Below, in pieces: positions 12,540 to 26,100 of a stretch of DNA of 64,000 bases. The position numbers were made by a program, and so were the translations under genes. The notes beneath the pieces were generated by a model. It made no database searches. It worked only from the letters and a program-made list of their open reading frames with translations, and was not told the origin of the DNA. Source of the DNA: Torpedo marmorata (lineage: Eukaryota); contig OZ360234.1 in NCBI GenBank assembly GCA_977017645.1, forward strand, positions 22,754,001 to 22,818,000. Direction: 5' to 3'. The number at the start of each line of letters is the position of its first letter. Positions within the stretch are counted from its first letter, which is position 1.

Positions 12540-13950
12540 ACCATACAGCACAGAAACAGGCCATTTGGCCCTTCTAGTCTGTGCCAAACTATTTTTCCTT
12601 GTCCCACTGACCTGCACCCGGACTATCCCTCCATACCCCTCCCATCCATGTACCTGTACCATAGGTAGTGCAAAAATAAAACAAAAGCGCAGAGTAAAAG
12701 GGTTACAGAGAAAGGTTCTATTAAAACAGCGCAAAGGTCACAATGAGGTATGATTTGTGAGATTAAGGGATCATCTTATATCAATGAGAGATCCGTTCAA
12801 GAGTCTGATAACAGAGGAAAGAAACTGTCTCCTTGAATCTGGTGGTGTGTTCATGTATCCTTTGCCCAACATGAGCAGGGAGAAGAGAGTGTGACCCAAG
12901 TGGGTTGATTCCTTTAATAAGTTGGCTGCTTTCCCGAGAGAGCAGAAAGTGTAGACAATGTCGACGGAGGGGAACTTTGTTTGCGAGATGACCTGAACTG
13001 TATTCACAACTCTGCAGTTTTTTCTGGTCTTGGGCAGTGCACATCTTGTACCAAGCCGTGATGCATCTGTTCAGGATACTTTCTATGGTACATCTGTAAA
13101 AATTGTTAAGAGACATTGGGGACATGTCAAATTTTCTTAAACCTCTGAGGAAGTAAAGAGATTGCAGATTTCAGATTTATTGTCAGAGTACATACATGAC
13201 ATCATGTACAGCCCTGAGATTCTTTTTCCTGCGGGCGAGACAGTAATACCACTTATTGGTAGTGCAAAAAACTGTACTCAAGATAATGCGTATACATGTA
13301 AACAAATAAAGAAATGTAAACAAACTGACTGTGCAATACGGAGAGATGTTGAGAAGTCTGATAGTGGAGGGGTAGCAGCTGTTCCTGATCCAGGTTGGTA
13401 CACTTTTGTGGCCATAGCAGCAACATGGCTGGACCAGGACAATTTGGTGATGTTTATGCGAAAAAACCTGAAGATTACTTCTATCGCCACATCAGCACTC
13501 GATACACCCCATTTCCTGAAGTCGATGGCCAGCTCATCTGTTTTGTCATTGAGTGAACAAAGAGAAGCTGGAGGGACTTAGTGAGAAATGGTCGATCAAG
13601 ATTTTGTGTCAGAATGCTTTGTCCCAGTTGAGACAAAGGGTCCACAACCCAAAACGTTGACTGACCATTTCTCTTCATCGATGCTGCCTGACCTGCTGAG
13701 TCAAGATTCCAGTATCTGAATTCTTGTATTTCTCCTTCTTCTCATTGTTTTAGAACAGCGCATTATGGTGGCATCATCTTCAAATTTGTAAATGGATTTA
13801 GAGCAGTATTTGGCCACACATTCGTGTGTGTATAAGTATAGTAAGGGGCTGAATATGCAGCCTTGTGGAGCACTGGTATTGAGGATTATCATGGAGGGTG
13901 TTGGAACTAATCCTCACTGTCTGCAGGTCAGGAAGTCGAGGAACTAGGTG
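12540..13950 (-). mobile_element. Mosaic of degraded SINE tail, Rex1 fragments and a Penelope end
   Basis: SINE tail at about 12540-12655. Rex1 motifs FYRCTIESIL..CITAWY (12781-13125) and APQGCIFSPLLYLYTHEC..KFEDD (13701-13892). A second Rex-type tail at about 13165 and a Penelope pseudo-LTR at about 13625-13735. Confidence 0.7.
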
Positions 13951-14108
13951 GGATAGTACACGGCGCCATGGATAGACATGTGAGAATGGGAGTGGGACGC
14001 AAAACTGAAATGGTTGACTACTGGGAGGTCCCTGTCACTGGTGCAGACAGAGCGAAGGTGTTCAGCGAAGCGATCTCCCAGTCTGCGTTCAGTCTCTCCA
14101 ATGTAGAG
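13945..14108 (-). mobile_element. Penelope GIY-YIG endonuclease, downstream half (split by the Gypsy element)
   Basis: The minus strand reads LYIGETERRLGDRFAEHLRSVC..LPVVNHF..SHSHSHMSIHG. Confidence 0.85.
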
Positions 14109-14280
14109 TGTGATGTTTCTATTATTGTAATAAAGAAACTTGGGTTCCTTTAAAACAACTATACTTTATTAGCTAAAGTACTCATAGGACAGTGTGGAGG
14201 CATCCATCTTGAACCAACCCACCGACTAGTCTCCGGCTCCCCCTAGTGGTCAAGAGGACCACTAGCATTCTATCACTACA
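14109..14280 (-). repeat. 3' LTR of Gypsy element 1
   Basis: Direct repeat of 20617-20797, with about a dozen substitutions and short indels. Confidence 0.95.
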
Positions 14281-14700
14281 TCCCCTTTCCTTGAGATATT
14301 TAATCTAACAACATGACACACTAATACAGTATTCATTTCAATTTAAAGTTCAACATAACCGTAATCACAACATCAGCAGCACAAACTTTTTAAGTGTGCA
14401 GTTCTTTTTCTTTCAGAGATTCAGTCTGTCAGGTGCGTTGATAACACGTGTGGATCTTCTTAACACAGGTGCTTGTGTTGGCTCTGCTGGTCCACTACTG
14501 TCTAACACTGGTGCTCTTTCCTCTGTTGCTGTGTAGGCTGGATCTTCAGCATTTGTCTGTTCCTGCAGTGTCTCTTGCATTTTCAGCAGGCTCTTTCGAT
14601 TCCTTCTCAGTATTTGACCATCCTCTGTTCTGACAATGTAGGATCTTTGATTTACTTCCTCCAGAACAGTAGTCTTTTTGTCCCAAGTGTAGGAATTTCT

Positions 14701-16735
14701 TGCCAAAATTTCCTTTAACGCGTTCTACGAGGCAGGGATGTCCCCTATCACCAGCTCTATTTGTTTTGGCAATAGAACCTTTAGCTGAATTGATTAGGAT
14801 AGATCCTAATATAGTAGGGATTAAAGTAGGTATGGAAGAACATAGATTAGTCTGTTTGCAGATGATGTATTAATATATATGACGAAATCTATTACATCAC
14901 TTCAACAATTAGCTATTATATTAACAGAATATGGTGAAATATCTGGGTATGGAATTAAATATTTGGGAGTTAAAGTGGATACAAAATTAGAAAATTTATA
15001 TAAATTAAATTATGTACCTTTATTTACGAAAATAAAGAAAGATCTGGAAAATTGGAAAGATTTGCCTATAACTTTAATGGGGAGAGTAAATTGTATTAAG
15101 ATGAATATTTTTCCAAGAATTCAATATCTTTTTCAATCAATTCCTTTTGGAATTCCAAAATTTTTTTTTAAAGATTTAAAGTTTATTATTAGGAAATTTT
15201 TATGGAAAGGGAAGTTAGCAAGAGTGAGTATGGATAAGTTAACGTGGAATTATGAGATGGGAGGATTGCAACTTCCCAATTTTCAATATTATTATAAAGC
15301 AGCTCAATTAAAATTTGTTAATGAATTTTTTGATTTAACTAAAACTTCTGCCTGGGTTAATATAGAATTAAATAATATAGGAGAAAATTATAAAGAGGAT
15401 ATTATCTATAAGTGGAATTCTAAATTATTATTAGTAAGAAAGAAAAATTCACCGATTATTAAACATTTGTTGGAAATATGGACACAGGTAGATAAAGAAA
15501 TAGGTGGGAAAGGGTTAATTTCTTTAAATATGCCATTATATCAAAATCCACTTTTATCATTTACTATGAATAATCAGTTACTGAAAGTATGGTTTCAAAA
15601 AGGAATTAAGAATTTTAAAGATTGTTTTGAGGCTGGAAGATTTGTTACTTTTCAAAGATTGAAGGAAAAATTTAATGTACTAGATAATACATGGTTAGCT
15701 TATTATCAAGTTAAAGCTTTTTTGATTGAGAAATTAGGAGATGATTTGATTGCTCCAAGACAAAATGAGTTAGAATTATTAATAACTAAAGCAAATGTTA
15801 ATAAGTTTATTTCTCAAATGTATAAATTATTTCAGAGAAAAATGCCTAAAGTAGGATTACATAAATCAAGATTAAAATGGGAATTAGATTTAAATGTTAA
15901 TATAGCTGAACATCATTGGAAAGATTTATGTAAATTTAGTATGACTAAAGTTATTAATGTTAGATACAGATTAGTACAATATAATTTTTCCATCAATTAT
16001 ATTTAACACGAAAAAATTAAAGAAATTTAATCCGACATTATCGGATTTGTGTTTTAGATGTAAGAGTGAAGTAGGTTCTTTTGTTCATTCTACATGGTTA
16101 TGTCCAAAAATTCAAGATTTTTGGTTGAAAGTTAAGAATTTTTTAGATAGAGTTTTTAATGTTATGTTTCCAATGGATCCTATGTTATTTTTATTTGGAG
16201 ATATTAGAAAATTTAGTACTAGGAATAGATTGAATATGTATCAGGTAGAATTTTTACGAATTGCTTTAGCTGTCTCAAAAAAATGTATTGCTATTACTTG
16301 GAAATCAAATTTAGATTTAAGTTTAGACAGGTGGCATGCAGAACTCCGTTCGTGTATTCCTCTGGAAAAGATTACTTATAATTTACGCAATAAGTATCAT
16401 TCTTTTTAAAAAATTTGGAGCCCATATATGAGAGTTATGGGTTTAAGGATTTGAAATCTCTAGATATCAGGTCTATTGGCGAGTTTAACCTCCATGATAA
16501 AATTAGTTTGTAGATGGTTCTCCCCTTACTATTAATCTATTTTTCTTTTTCTTTCTTTTTTTTTACTATGTATTTTTTATTATTCTCTTTTTTTTAGAAT
16601 AGTGGGGGTGGGGGGGGGGTTAGGGAAGGGAGGGAGGGTGTGGGGGGAGGAAATATATATCACCTGTATTTTGGAAATTACATATTTTGATTTATGTATT
16701 GTGTGATTTAAAAATTTAAATAAAATAATAAAAAA
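14701..16735 (+). mobile_element. L1-clade LINE 3' fragment inserted in the Gypsy integrase region
   Basis: [16 protein letters not shown], ORFs 14879-16006 and 16047-16409 (CFRC..H..C), poly-A at about 16730, and a 16-bp TSD AAGTGTAGGAATTTCT (14685-14700 / 16736-16751). Confidence 0.95.
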
Positions 16736-17949
16736 AAGTGTAGGAATTTCTGAGTCTCACTGTGTCATGTTGTGCCAGTGGCCCTAAGCTTCTTGCTGAC
16801 TTGTCATAGTTTGCTTTTTGTCTCCATTGCAGACGCTTTTATTTCCGTTCGACATCTTTGACATCTCTGTTCTTGTTTGGGTCTGCAGAGTAGGGAATTG
16901 TTGTGCGTAGTCTACATCCCATCAGAAGCTCAGCGGGTGAAATGCCATGTTCAAGTGGCGAAGCTCTGTAACTCAATAGAGCTAGATACAGATCTGAGCC
17001 ACTGTCTTGTGCTTTCTTGAGCAACTGTTTAACTATGTGCACTCCTTTCTCTGCTTTACCGTTTGACTGTGGATGCAGAGGACTTGAAGTCACATTTCAA
17101 AAATCATACTCTTCTGCAAAGTTCTGGAATTCTCTACAGCTGTAGCATGGTCCATTGTCACTGTAGACAATTTGAGGAATTCCATGTCTTGCAAAGATCG
17201 ATTTCATATATTTGATCACACAAGCAGCAGACATATTAGGAAGCAGCGCAATCTCCAGATAGTTTGATAGATAGTCAATAATCAGCAAGTAATTCTTTCC
17301 ATCCACGTGGAACAGATCAGTCCCAACTTTCTGCCATGGTTCTGCTGGTAAGTTAGTTATTACCATGGGTTCCTTTGCCTGCTTTGCGTGATGTTTCAAA
17401 CAGGTTTCACAGCTTGAAACATTCTGTCAATGTCAGCATTTATCCCTGGCCAATAAACAGCAGTTCTGGCCCTCCTCTTGCATTTTTCCATTCCAATGTG
17501 CCCCTCATGCACCCTTTTCAGCATCTCTTGTTGCAGTGATTGAGGAATGATAATTCTGCTCTGTCTGAGTCGAAGCCCATTGACAACACTCAGCTCAGCT
17601 CTGATGTTGTAGTATGGCTGACATTCACCTCTAGGCCATCCTTCATTCAGTTTCTTGATGACCTTCTGTAGAACTGTGTCCTTTTCTGTTTCAGCTGCAA
17701 TCTGCTTGGATTTCATGTCAGATACAGGAAGAGATTCAGTGATCAGGTTCACGTGGAGATTCACATCTGTCTCTGTGGAACTCTCATTGTGTGGGTCACT
17801 CTGCGTCGTTGCCCTGGATAACGCATCAGCTAACACAATAGGTTTCCCTGGTGTGTACACCAATTCAAAGTCATAACGTTGTAGCTTCATCATCAGTCTT
17901 TGGATTCACGGCGACATTTCACTGAGATTTTTCTTGATTATCGCTATTA

Positions 17950-18066
17950 TTTATATTTTTTATAGTAATGTCGTAAGATGGTTATAATATGAATGTTTGC
18001 ACTATGATGCTGCCGCAAAACACCGAATTTCATGACTTGTTCATGACAATAAATTCTGATTCTGAT
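17950..18066 (+). mobile_element. Rex1 3'-UTR-only insertion inside the Gypsy RNaseH region
   Basis: Matches the Rex1 tails at 8500-8553 and 10600-10670 (CATGACAATAAATTCTGATTCTG) and splits ETDHNPLI|AIIKKNLSEMSP. Confidence 0.85.
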
Positions 18067-20601
18067 TAATGGATTGTGGTCTGTCTCTGCCATGATTGTT
18101 GGGAACCATACACATAACTGGAATTTCTCGAATCCATAGACCAGACCTAGACACTTTTCTCTATCTGTGCATATCGACATTCAGATGTTGTCATCGTCCT
18201 TGATGCGTATGCTACTGGCCTCCAATCTTCTCCAACAGCCTGAAGTAGTACGGCACCTATTCCATCTTTTGAAGTGTCCAAAGATATTTTCGTCCTTTTG
18301 GATGCGTCAAAGAACATCAAAAGCACTGGTTCTGTAGTTAGAATGGTCTTCAGTCGTCCCCATTCTTCCTCGTGGTTGTCTGTCCACTTGAATTCACATT
18401 TGTCCTGTAACAACTTCCTTAGGTACATTGTTTTGGAAGACAGGTTTGGTATGAATTTACCAATGAAATTGATCATTCCCAGCACTCTCAATATGCCTTT
18501 TTTGTCAGTGGGTCTGGGCATCTCTAAAATTGCTTTCACCTTGCTCTTGTCTGGCTCTACACCTGCCTCTTGACAGTTTATCTCCCAGAAAGGTGATTTC
18601 CTTCACACCACACTGACATTTTTCTCTGTTTAACTTTAATCCATACTTCTGGATGCGTTGTAGCACTTTGATGAGCCTCTCATTGTGTTGTTCTTGTGTG
18701 GATCCCCATAGGATCATGTCATCCATGTACACACGTACCCCATTTATGCCTTCTATGATGTGCTCCATTGTCCTGTGGAACACTTCCGGTGCTGAGGAAA
18801 TTGTAAAAGGCATCCTCAGACAGGAGTATCGGCCAAACGGTGTATTAAATGTACAGTATTTTGTGCTATCTTCATGCAGTTTTATTTGCCAGAAGCCGTG
18901 GGATGCATCCAATTTAGTGAAAAACTTTGCACTTGCCATCTCACTTGTAATTTCATCCCTGGTCGGAATCTGATAATGTTCCCTCTTTATATTGGCATTC
19001 AAGTCTTTTGGGTCCATGCACACGCGTAGGTCACCGTTCTTCTTTTTGACATTCACCCATTCAGTGGGCTCCTTCACTTTCTTTATGACCCCTAGTGATG
19101 TCATTCGGTCGAGTTCCTGCTTGAGCTTTACTTTTAGTGGCGCTGGAACCCGCCTCGGGGCATGCACTACTGGCTTTGCATCCTCCTTTAACTGTATCTT
19201 ATAGGTGATTGGTAGAACTCCAAACCCCTTGAAGATGTCTGGAAATTGATCCAGTATTTCCTCTACGCTGTTCCGTGCATTGGTGTTGTTAATGTGGTAC
19301 ACCCTCTTGATTAGGCTTAAGTTTTCACATGCTTTGTCACCAAGCAGTGATTCATGTTCAACTCGGACTACTGTGAACCTGAGGTGGTGCTCTTTATCTT
19401 TAAATTTCACCTTGAGTTTACATGTACCTTTCGTGTCGATGCTCTGTCCATTGTAGGCTTTGAGCTGTACAGGATTTGCATGGATGTATGGCTTTATCTT
19501 CATTGCCCTGATGTCGCGCTCACAGATCAAATTGACCTTTGCCCCTGTGTCCAGCTTGAAAGGAATATTTGCTCCATTTGTATGCAATGACACAGTCCAC
19601 TTATCCTGCTCGACTCTGTTCACGCTTGGCTGTTCAGTGTCTGTTGGTTTATAATCTTCCTGCACTACCATGCCAACGAAAAGTGTATCACTGAGGGCAG
19701 TTTCTTCTATAGTGTGTACAGTGTGCATGCTTTCACTTCTGTTTTGTTTACCTTTGGAAAAACATTGCATAGTGATTCTGCCCTTTGCACTTATTACAGA
19801 CTTTTCCATAGGTGGGGCATTGTTTTGGTGCATGTTGAGTGCCACATCGTTTGCATTTGAATGTCTCTCCATCTTTTGTTGTTTCCTATATCTCGTTTTA
19901 TGTTTATGTGTGTGTACGCACACTGTATCTATGGCTATGCCTTCAGTTTCACTGGCTTTTACACTCTCACCGAACTTTTTCGCGTGCTGCAGAGCTAATT
20001 CACTGGCGTGGCATATCTTCACAGCTCCAGCTAAGGTAAGCTCTGTCTCTCGCAGCAACCTCTCTCTCACTTTCTTATCAATAATCCCGAACACAATTTC
20101 ATCACGGATCATTGAATCTTGCAGCGATCCAAAATTGCATGTTCTTGCTTTTAATTTCAAGTCCGTTAAAAAAGTATCAAAGCTCTCTTCCTGCAGCTGC
20201 GTGCGCGAGCGAAACACGTACCTCTTGAACGTTTAATTTTTCTTTGGTGAACAGTGTTCATCAAACATCTCGATAACCTTGTTGAACTTGCCCTGTTCAG
20301 CTGCCTTGGCAAAAACAAATGTGTTAAAAACCTCTAGTACTTGAAGTCCCGCCACGGTAAGTAGCAGTGCAATCATCCGTGCATCAGGTTTGCTATCGAG
20401 TCCAATGCTTGCAGGTACAGCACAAATCTTTGTTTGAAAAACCTCCACTCGTGGTCCACATTTCCAGTCCAATTTACAGCATCAGGAGCCTTCACACTTT
20501 CCATTTCTCTGCTGACGTCGACTGATACACACTCTGCACACTCCTGGTGTTTCTTCCACTCCTGGTACTATGCACACTCCTGGTACCATGTGATGTTTCT
20601 T

Positions 20602-20616
20602 CCACTCCTGGTACCA
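20602..20616 (-). promoter_or_regulatory. Primer-binding site complementary to the tRNA-Leu(UAA) 3' end
   Basis: TGGTACCAGGAGTGG immediately follows the 5' LTR on the minus strand. As I recall it, vertebrate tRNA-Leu(UAA) ends ...CCACTCCTGGTA-CCA. Confidence 0.8.
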
Positions 20617-20797
20617 TGTGATGTTTCTTTTATTTTAATAAAGAAACTTGGGTTCTTTTAAAACAACTCTACTTTATTAGCTAAAGTACTCATACGACCG
20701 TGTGGAGGCATCCATCTTGAATCCAACCCAAGCTGCCACCAACTAGTCTCCGACTCCCTCTAGTGGTCAGGAGGATCACTAGCACTCTATCACTACA
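20617..20797 (-). repeat. 5' LTR of Gypsy element 1
   Basis: Direct repeat of 14109-14280, adjacent to the PBS. Confidence 0.95.
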
Positions 20798-21168
20798 TAG
20801 AGAAGGTCACAAAGGGAGCACCGGATGCAGTAAATCAGTCCTGTGGATACACAAGTGAAGTGTTGCTTCACTTGAAAGGCCTGTTTGGGTCCCCGGACTG
20901 TGGTGAGGGAGGAGGTGTGGGCGCAAGTGTGGCAGCTCGTGCGGCCACCAGGAAGGTGCCGGGGGGGGGGGGGGATTGGTAGGGAGGGATGAGTGCACGA
21001 GGGAGTCACGGAGGGAGCGGTCCCTACGGAAGGCAGAGAGGGGAGGAGAGGGGAAGATGTGTCTGGTGGTGGGATCCTGTTGTAAGTGCCGAAAATTCCG
21101 GAGGATAATGTGTTGGATGCAGAGGCTGGTGGGGTGGTAGGTGAGGATAAAGGGAATCCTGTGTTTCA
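20798..21168 (-). mobile_element. Penelope element RT-linker/GIY-YIG upstream half
   Basis: RIPFILTYHPTSL.IQHIILRNFRHLQQDPTTRHIFPSPPLSAFRRDRSLRDSLV and FTCVSTGLIYCIRCSLCDLLY. Confidence 0.88.
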
Positions 21169-21792
21169 TTGTCAATTGTTGATTCTCTTAATGAATACTG
21201 TTCTGTTCAGTTCTGTTCAGAGAATACTATTAAATATGATGAAGTTCTGAGGTGCTTTTACTCACTGATCTCTCTGCAAACCTTCTATGAAAGCAACTTC
21301 ATATATATTCATCACCAGAAGACTAAAATGCTTTTAAAGGGAATGCAAAGCTAAGGACCTGAAGAGGAATGTTACCAAATGATACAGTGATATAATACAC
21401 AAAAGTTGACATAATATGTATTTGTAAGAAAATGATTGAAGGATTGTCAAAAGCCTTAATTCAATTTTGTTTAATCATTCACGGGATGTGGGAGGTGGTG
21501 ACAACTGAATAAACACAAACTAGTATCTGAACCAAATGGACATAAACTGGGAAATGTAAAAACCTCTCTGAAATTGTTTTCTTTGTGTGAAAAACAAACT
21601 GCATGTGTGTGTACAAATTGGTTACTATTTAATAAATGTTCATTATAGCACAGTAGGAAGCTTTCACTAGAGATGTCTGATCTACCTGTGGTGATTGCCT
21701 CAAAAAGCAATCAAACCGAAAACCCTTGTTTGGAGATTATCTGTGTTAACTTTCTTCTTCAGACTTCCTTCCTCTCAGCTTGCTCTGTTTTT

Positions 21793-21918
21793 AGCCCGAA
21801 ATGTCGATTATATATTTTTACTTTTGCTACATAAAGGACACTATTTGACTTGCTGAGCTTCTCCAGCATTTTGTGTTTTTACTTCAACCACAGTGTCTAC
21901 AGATTTTCATGATTTACT
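21793..21918 (+). mobile_element. Short Penelope pseudo-LTR copy
   Basis: Closely similar to 11682-11804 and 41058-41177. Confidence 0.8.
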
Positions 21919-23151
21919 TTTGGTCTTTTCCCAGTTCAGAATAAACAAACATAAATTAATTTCTCCCCTGCCCAAATCATTTATATATTTTCCATTGATA
22001 TTGGAAACACTGCTAACACATTTTTCTAATCCCTAAGCATTAAACATCTACTTGTTTAATCTATCACTTACTTTTTCCCCAGCTACTTCCCAACGTAAAT
22101 ACCGATAGCTTCATTTCCAATCTTAATTTGATTCAATATATTGCGAAGATTTCTTAAAAAAATTAAAATGCACAAGTTAAACACAATTTAATTGTGATAA
22201 CTCCCTTCATCTTCACAGCACCGCCTACCTTATTGCACCTTTTCAGATTATGAGACTTGATCAATTTGAGGTCTATGCCATTACTACATAGCTCAGGGTT
22301 CATTAGCAGTAAGGACTCTAGTATTCAGAATAATGTTTAGGTTGTCATCTCTTTTAGTTTTGCATCTGCATTATTGGCCTTTTCCTCATTAGTACCAAAT
22401 GTTCTGGGATCATCTGGATTGTGAAAACATTCAAGATGATGTCACTAGAAGAGCTGGTAATGATCAGCCACTCGAGAATGCAATGCCTGATTAGTTAGCC
22501 TCCACACAATCTGAGATGGATCTTGAGGTTTGGTTATTTGCAAAGCGATGTGGATTAGTCCAATGATGTTTGTTGGTTACTTTGCTACATATCATAATTC
22601 TGAACAATATTTGAACATAAGTATTATCAACAGTTCGCACTCAGCACTTTTAGATTGAAATATGTATAATCTCAATACTTCAGAGAGGGAGGATCATTTA
22701 CAAAGCTTGTGAATGGAATCTGCCTGAAACAGGGAAAATATTTTTGGAAATGGAAAATTTATTTCAATGGATTATAACATATCATTACTTTTGAGATTGA
22801 CCAAAATATAACATCTTGTTCCTGAACACCAAGGCTGGATGACAAGGCTTCAGCGAGACAGCACACAGTAACAGTTAAGCTTGCCACATGAATGCAGACA
22901 CCTGATCTGATTATACACTGGTCCCACTTTCATTTTTTATCTGTTGTTAATAGTGAACAGCTGGCATAAAAGATTGTTAGTGAGCTGTCTCTCTGTATGG
23001 ATCTTAGCTTCTTACAGGGGAAACAATGAAAATTTGTATTAATATATCGTCTGTAATCTGATAAATTATTGCAGGAAAATTAACTAAACCCAATACTATG
23101 CTGCATAAGAAAGTATCTGACCAAAAATGGTCAAAGTGGTTATTTATAGGA

Positions 23152-26100
23152 GGGTCTCGAACCGCCATCAGACACAACGGGGCGTCTGGAAATACGCGCT
23201 CAGGGCGGGACTTCCGGAAAGGGATGCTGACGTCACTTCCGCCCCGCGAATAGTTCAGTGTTTTGAATCCAGTAAAGACCCCATGATTGAACTCCACAGT
23301 CTCTGCGTCTTTAATCGATAGCGCACCGTAGCGCGACTACATTGGTGACCCCCGACACTCCAGACTGCATCTGGAGTTAAAGAAGCAGCATCGACCATGA
23401 GTTCCAGTGCAGTCTCACTGAAGCTCCCGACTTTCTGGTCCACTCAGCCCCACGTATGGTTCGAGCAGGCCGAGGCCCAGTTCAACATCAGGGACATCAC
23501 AGCCGATGCCACGAGGTACTACTACATGGTCAGTGCGCTCGACCAGGATACGGCAGGCCGGATCATTGACTTCCTCCATCAACCCCCTACAGAGGACAGG
23601 TACATTAAGATCAAGGCGCTTCTGCTCCAAACTTTTGGCCGCGAACGGGCCGCGCGGCTCCTCCAGATGGATGGCCCGGGCTAATGAACGACATGCCGGC
23701 ACTCATGGACGGCCATAAGCCATGTTTTCTATTCGAACAGCTGTCCCTCCAGCAGATGCCCAAGGACATTCGCCTCCTGCTCGCAAGTGAGGACTTCAGC
23801 GACACTCGCAAGGTCGCAGCCAAAGCAGATGTTCTTTGGCAGAGTAGGCAATGGAGAGCCACCTCCCTGGGCCTTGCTGCAATCGCGTCCCCCAAAACCC
23901 CCACCCCGAAACCGAAACCGGCAAAGGCCACGGGGGACAAAGATGATGGTTCAGACCTATGGAGTTTCTACCACCAAAGATGGGGTCAGGGCACACGCCG
24001 CTGCCGTCCACCATGTGCGTTTTCGTGAAACGCCGGGGCCAGCCATCGCTAATGGCCACGACGGCTGGCCACTGAGACTGCCTACTGCACATTTGGGACC
24101 GGCACTCCGGGCGGCGTTTCCGAGTAGATACCGGAGCCGAAATCAGCGTCCTCCCGTCCTCGAACATGGATACACGCAACGCAACTCCAGGCCTGGAGCT
24201 GACCGCCGCGAACGGCACAACCAGCCGCACTTTTGGAAAACGGACCATTCCACTAGATTTCGGGTCCACTCGTTTCACTTGGACTTTTACGGTGGCGGCG
24301 GTTTCACAGCCATTACTCGGAGCAGATTTTCTACAGGCCAAAGGTTTCCTGGTCGACCTGAAAGGCCGAAGGTTGGTCCATGCGGAGACGTTCCAAACGC
24401 TCCAGCTCGGCGAGGCCAAACTTCCAGCCCTCCATTTGGACTCCGTGAAGCTCTCCGGAAACGAATTCACCAGGGTTTTGGCAGATTTCCCTTCCATCGT
24501 TACCCCGCAGTTCTCCACCACCGGCCTTAAACATGGCGCGCAGCACCACATCTCTACAACAGGTCCGCCTCTACACGCCCGAGCTCGCAGGCTCCCACCC
24601 GACAAGCTACACCTGGCCAAAGAGGATTTCCGCAAGATGGAGGAACTGGGGATCGTCCGCCGCTCGGACAGCCCGTGGGCATCCCCGCTGCACATGGTGC
24701 CCAAGTCCGCAGGAGGATGGAGGCCATGCGGTGACTATAGAAGGTTGAACGACGCCACGACCGCCGACAGGTACCCGATACCCCACATCCAGGATTTTAC
24801 AGCGAACCTGCATGGAGCCACCATCTTCTCTAAGGTCGACCTAGTCCAGGGATACCACCAGATCCCAGTGCACCCCGACGACGTTCCAAAGGCAGCCCTC
24901 ATCATTCCGTTCGGCCTTTTCGAGTTCCTGAGGATGCCATTCGGCCTGAAAAACGCGGCACAGACTTTCCAAAGGCTCATGGACTCGGTAGGACGTGGCC
25001 TAGATTTCACTTTCATCTACTTGAATGACATCCTGGTGGCAAACAGCTCACGCCAGGAGCACGCTGCACACCTGCACCAACTCTGTTGACGCCTGAGCGA
25101 CTTCGGGTTAGCAATTAACCCAGCAAGGTGCCAGTTCGGGCGGACAGAAATTGATTTCTTAGGCCATAGAGTTAACCAAGACGGCGCTTTTCCTCTGCCA
25201 GACAAGGTCCAGGCCATTCGCCAGTTCCCGAAGCCCACCACAGTGAAAGGCCTGCAGGAATTCGTGGGTATGGTCAACTTCTATCACCGTTTCGTTCCGG
25301 CGGCAGCACACATAATGAGGCCTTTGTTCACCCTGATGGCAGGCAAGTCCAAAGACGTCACTTGGGACACGGCGTCAAACGAAGCTTTTGAGCAGGCCAA
25401 GGAGGCGCTGGCAAACGCTACCCTTTTAGCGCACCCGAGGGCCGAAGCCCCCACGGTGCTTACGGTTGACGCATCCGACATGGCCATAGGGGGAGTCCTC
25501 GAACAGCTCGTCAAGGGTCATTGGCAACCACACGCCTTTTTCAACCGGCACCTGCGACCGCCAGAGGTAAAATACAGTGCTTTTGACAGAGAGCGTCTGG
25601 CACTCTACCTGGCCATCCGACACTTCCGGTACTTCCTGGAGGGGAGAGAGTTCACCGCCTACACAGACCACAAGCCCCTCACCTACGCACTGGCTAAAGT
25701 CTCGGACCCATGGTCAGCCCGGCAACAGAGGCACCTGTCGTTCATCTCAGAGTTCACTTCCGACGTCCGCCACATTGCAGGGAAGAACAACGTCGTCGCC
25801 GACGCACTGTCTCGCCCCACACTCTCGGTGGGCACCTCGTCCTCGGGCATTGACTACACGGCACTAGCGGCGGCACAGCAGGCAGACCCTGAAATGCCCG
25901 CCTATCACACCGCCGTCTCAGGCCTCCAGCTACAGGACGTCCCTTTCGGCCCAGCAGCAGACCGGCTCCTTTGCGACGTTTCCACAGACAGGCCTAGACA
26001 GTGGTTCCGGCAGCGTGGAGACGCCGGGTGTTCGATACTCTGCACAACCTGTCCCATCCATCCATCCGAGCGTCCGTTAAACTCGTGGCGGACAGATTTG

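Larger units (their letters stand above)
14109..20797 (-). mobile_element. Full-length Ty3/Gypsy LTR retrotransposon (K02A2.6-like pol), inactivated, with nested insertions
   Basis: LTRs 14109-14280 and 20617-20797 (TG..CA), 5-bp TSD TAGAG (14104-14108 / 20798-20802), PPT at 14281-14292 and a tRNA-Leu-type PBS. Gag starts at about 20504; protease LDTGA, RT YMDD, RNaseH ETDHNPL, integrase GH..C and SDNGP..PQSNGKAE. Multiple frameshifts. Confidence 0.95.

Noticed and set aside
20538-20628. CRISPR-like repeat-spacer array (also considered for 60307-60505, 61957-62070 and 28090-28324)
   Set aside because: The spacers are not unique, there are no cas genes, the context is eukaryotic, and the repeats are explained as TE sub-structures.
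22392-22456. Possible exon (cattag|...CTG|gtaatg)
   Set aside because: Modest splice sites, and its length would break the phase of the other candidates.
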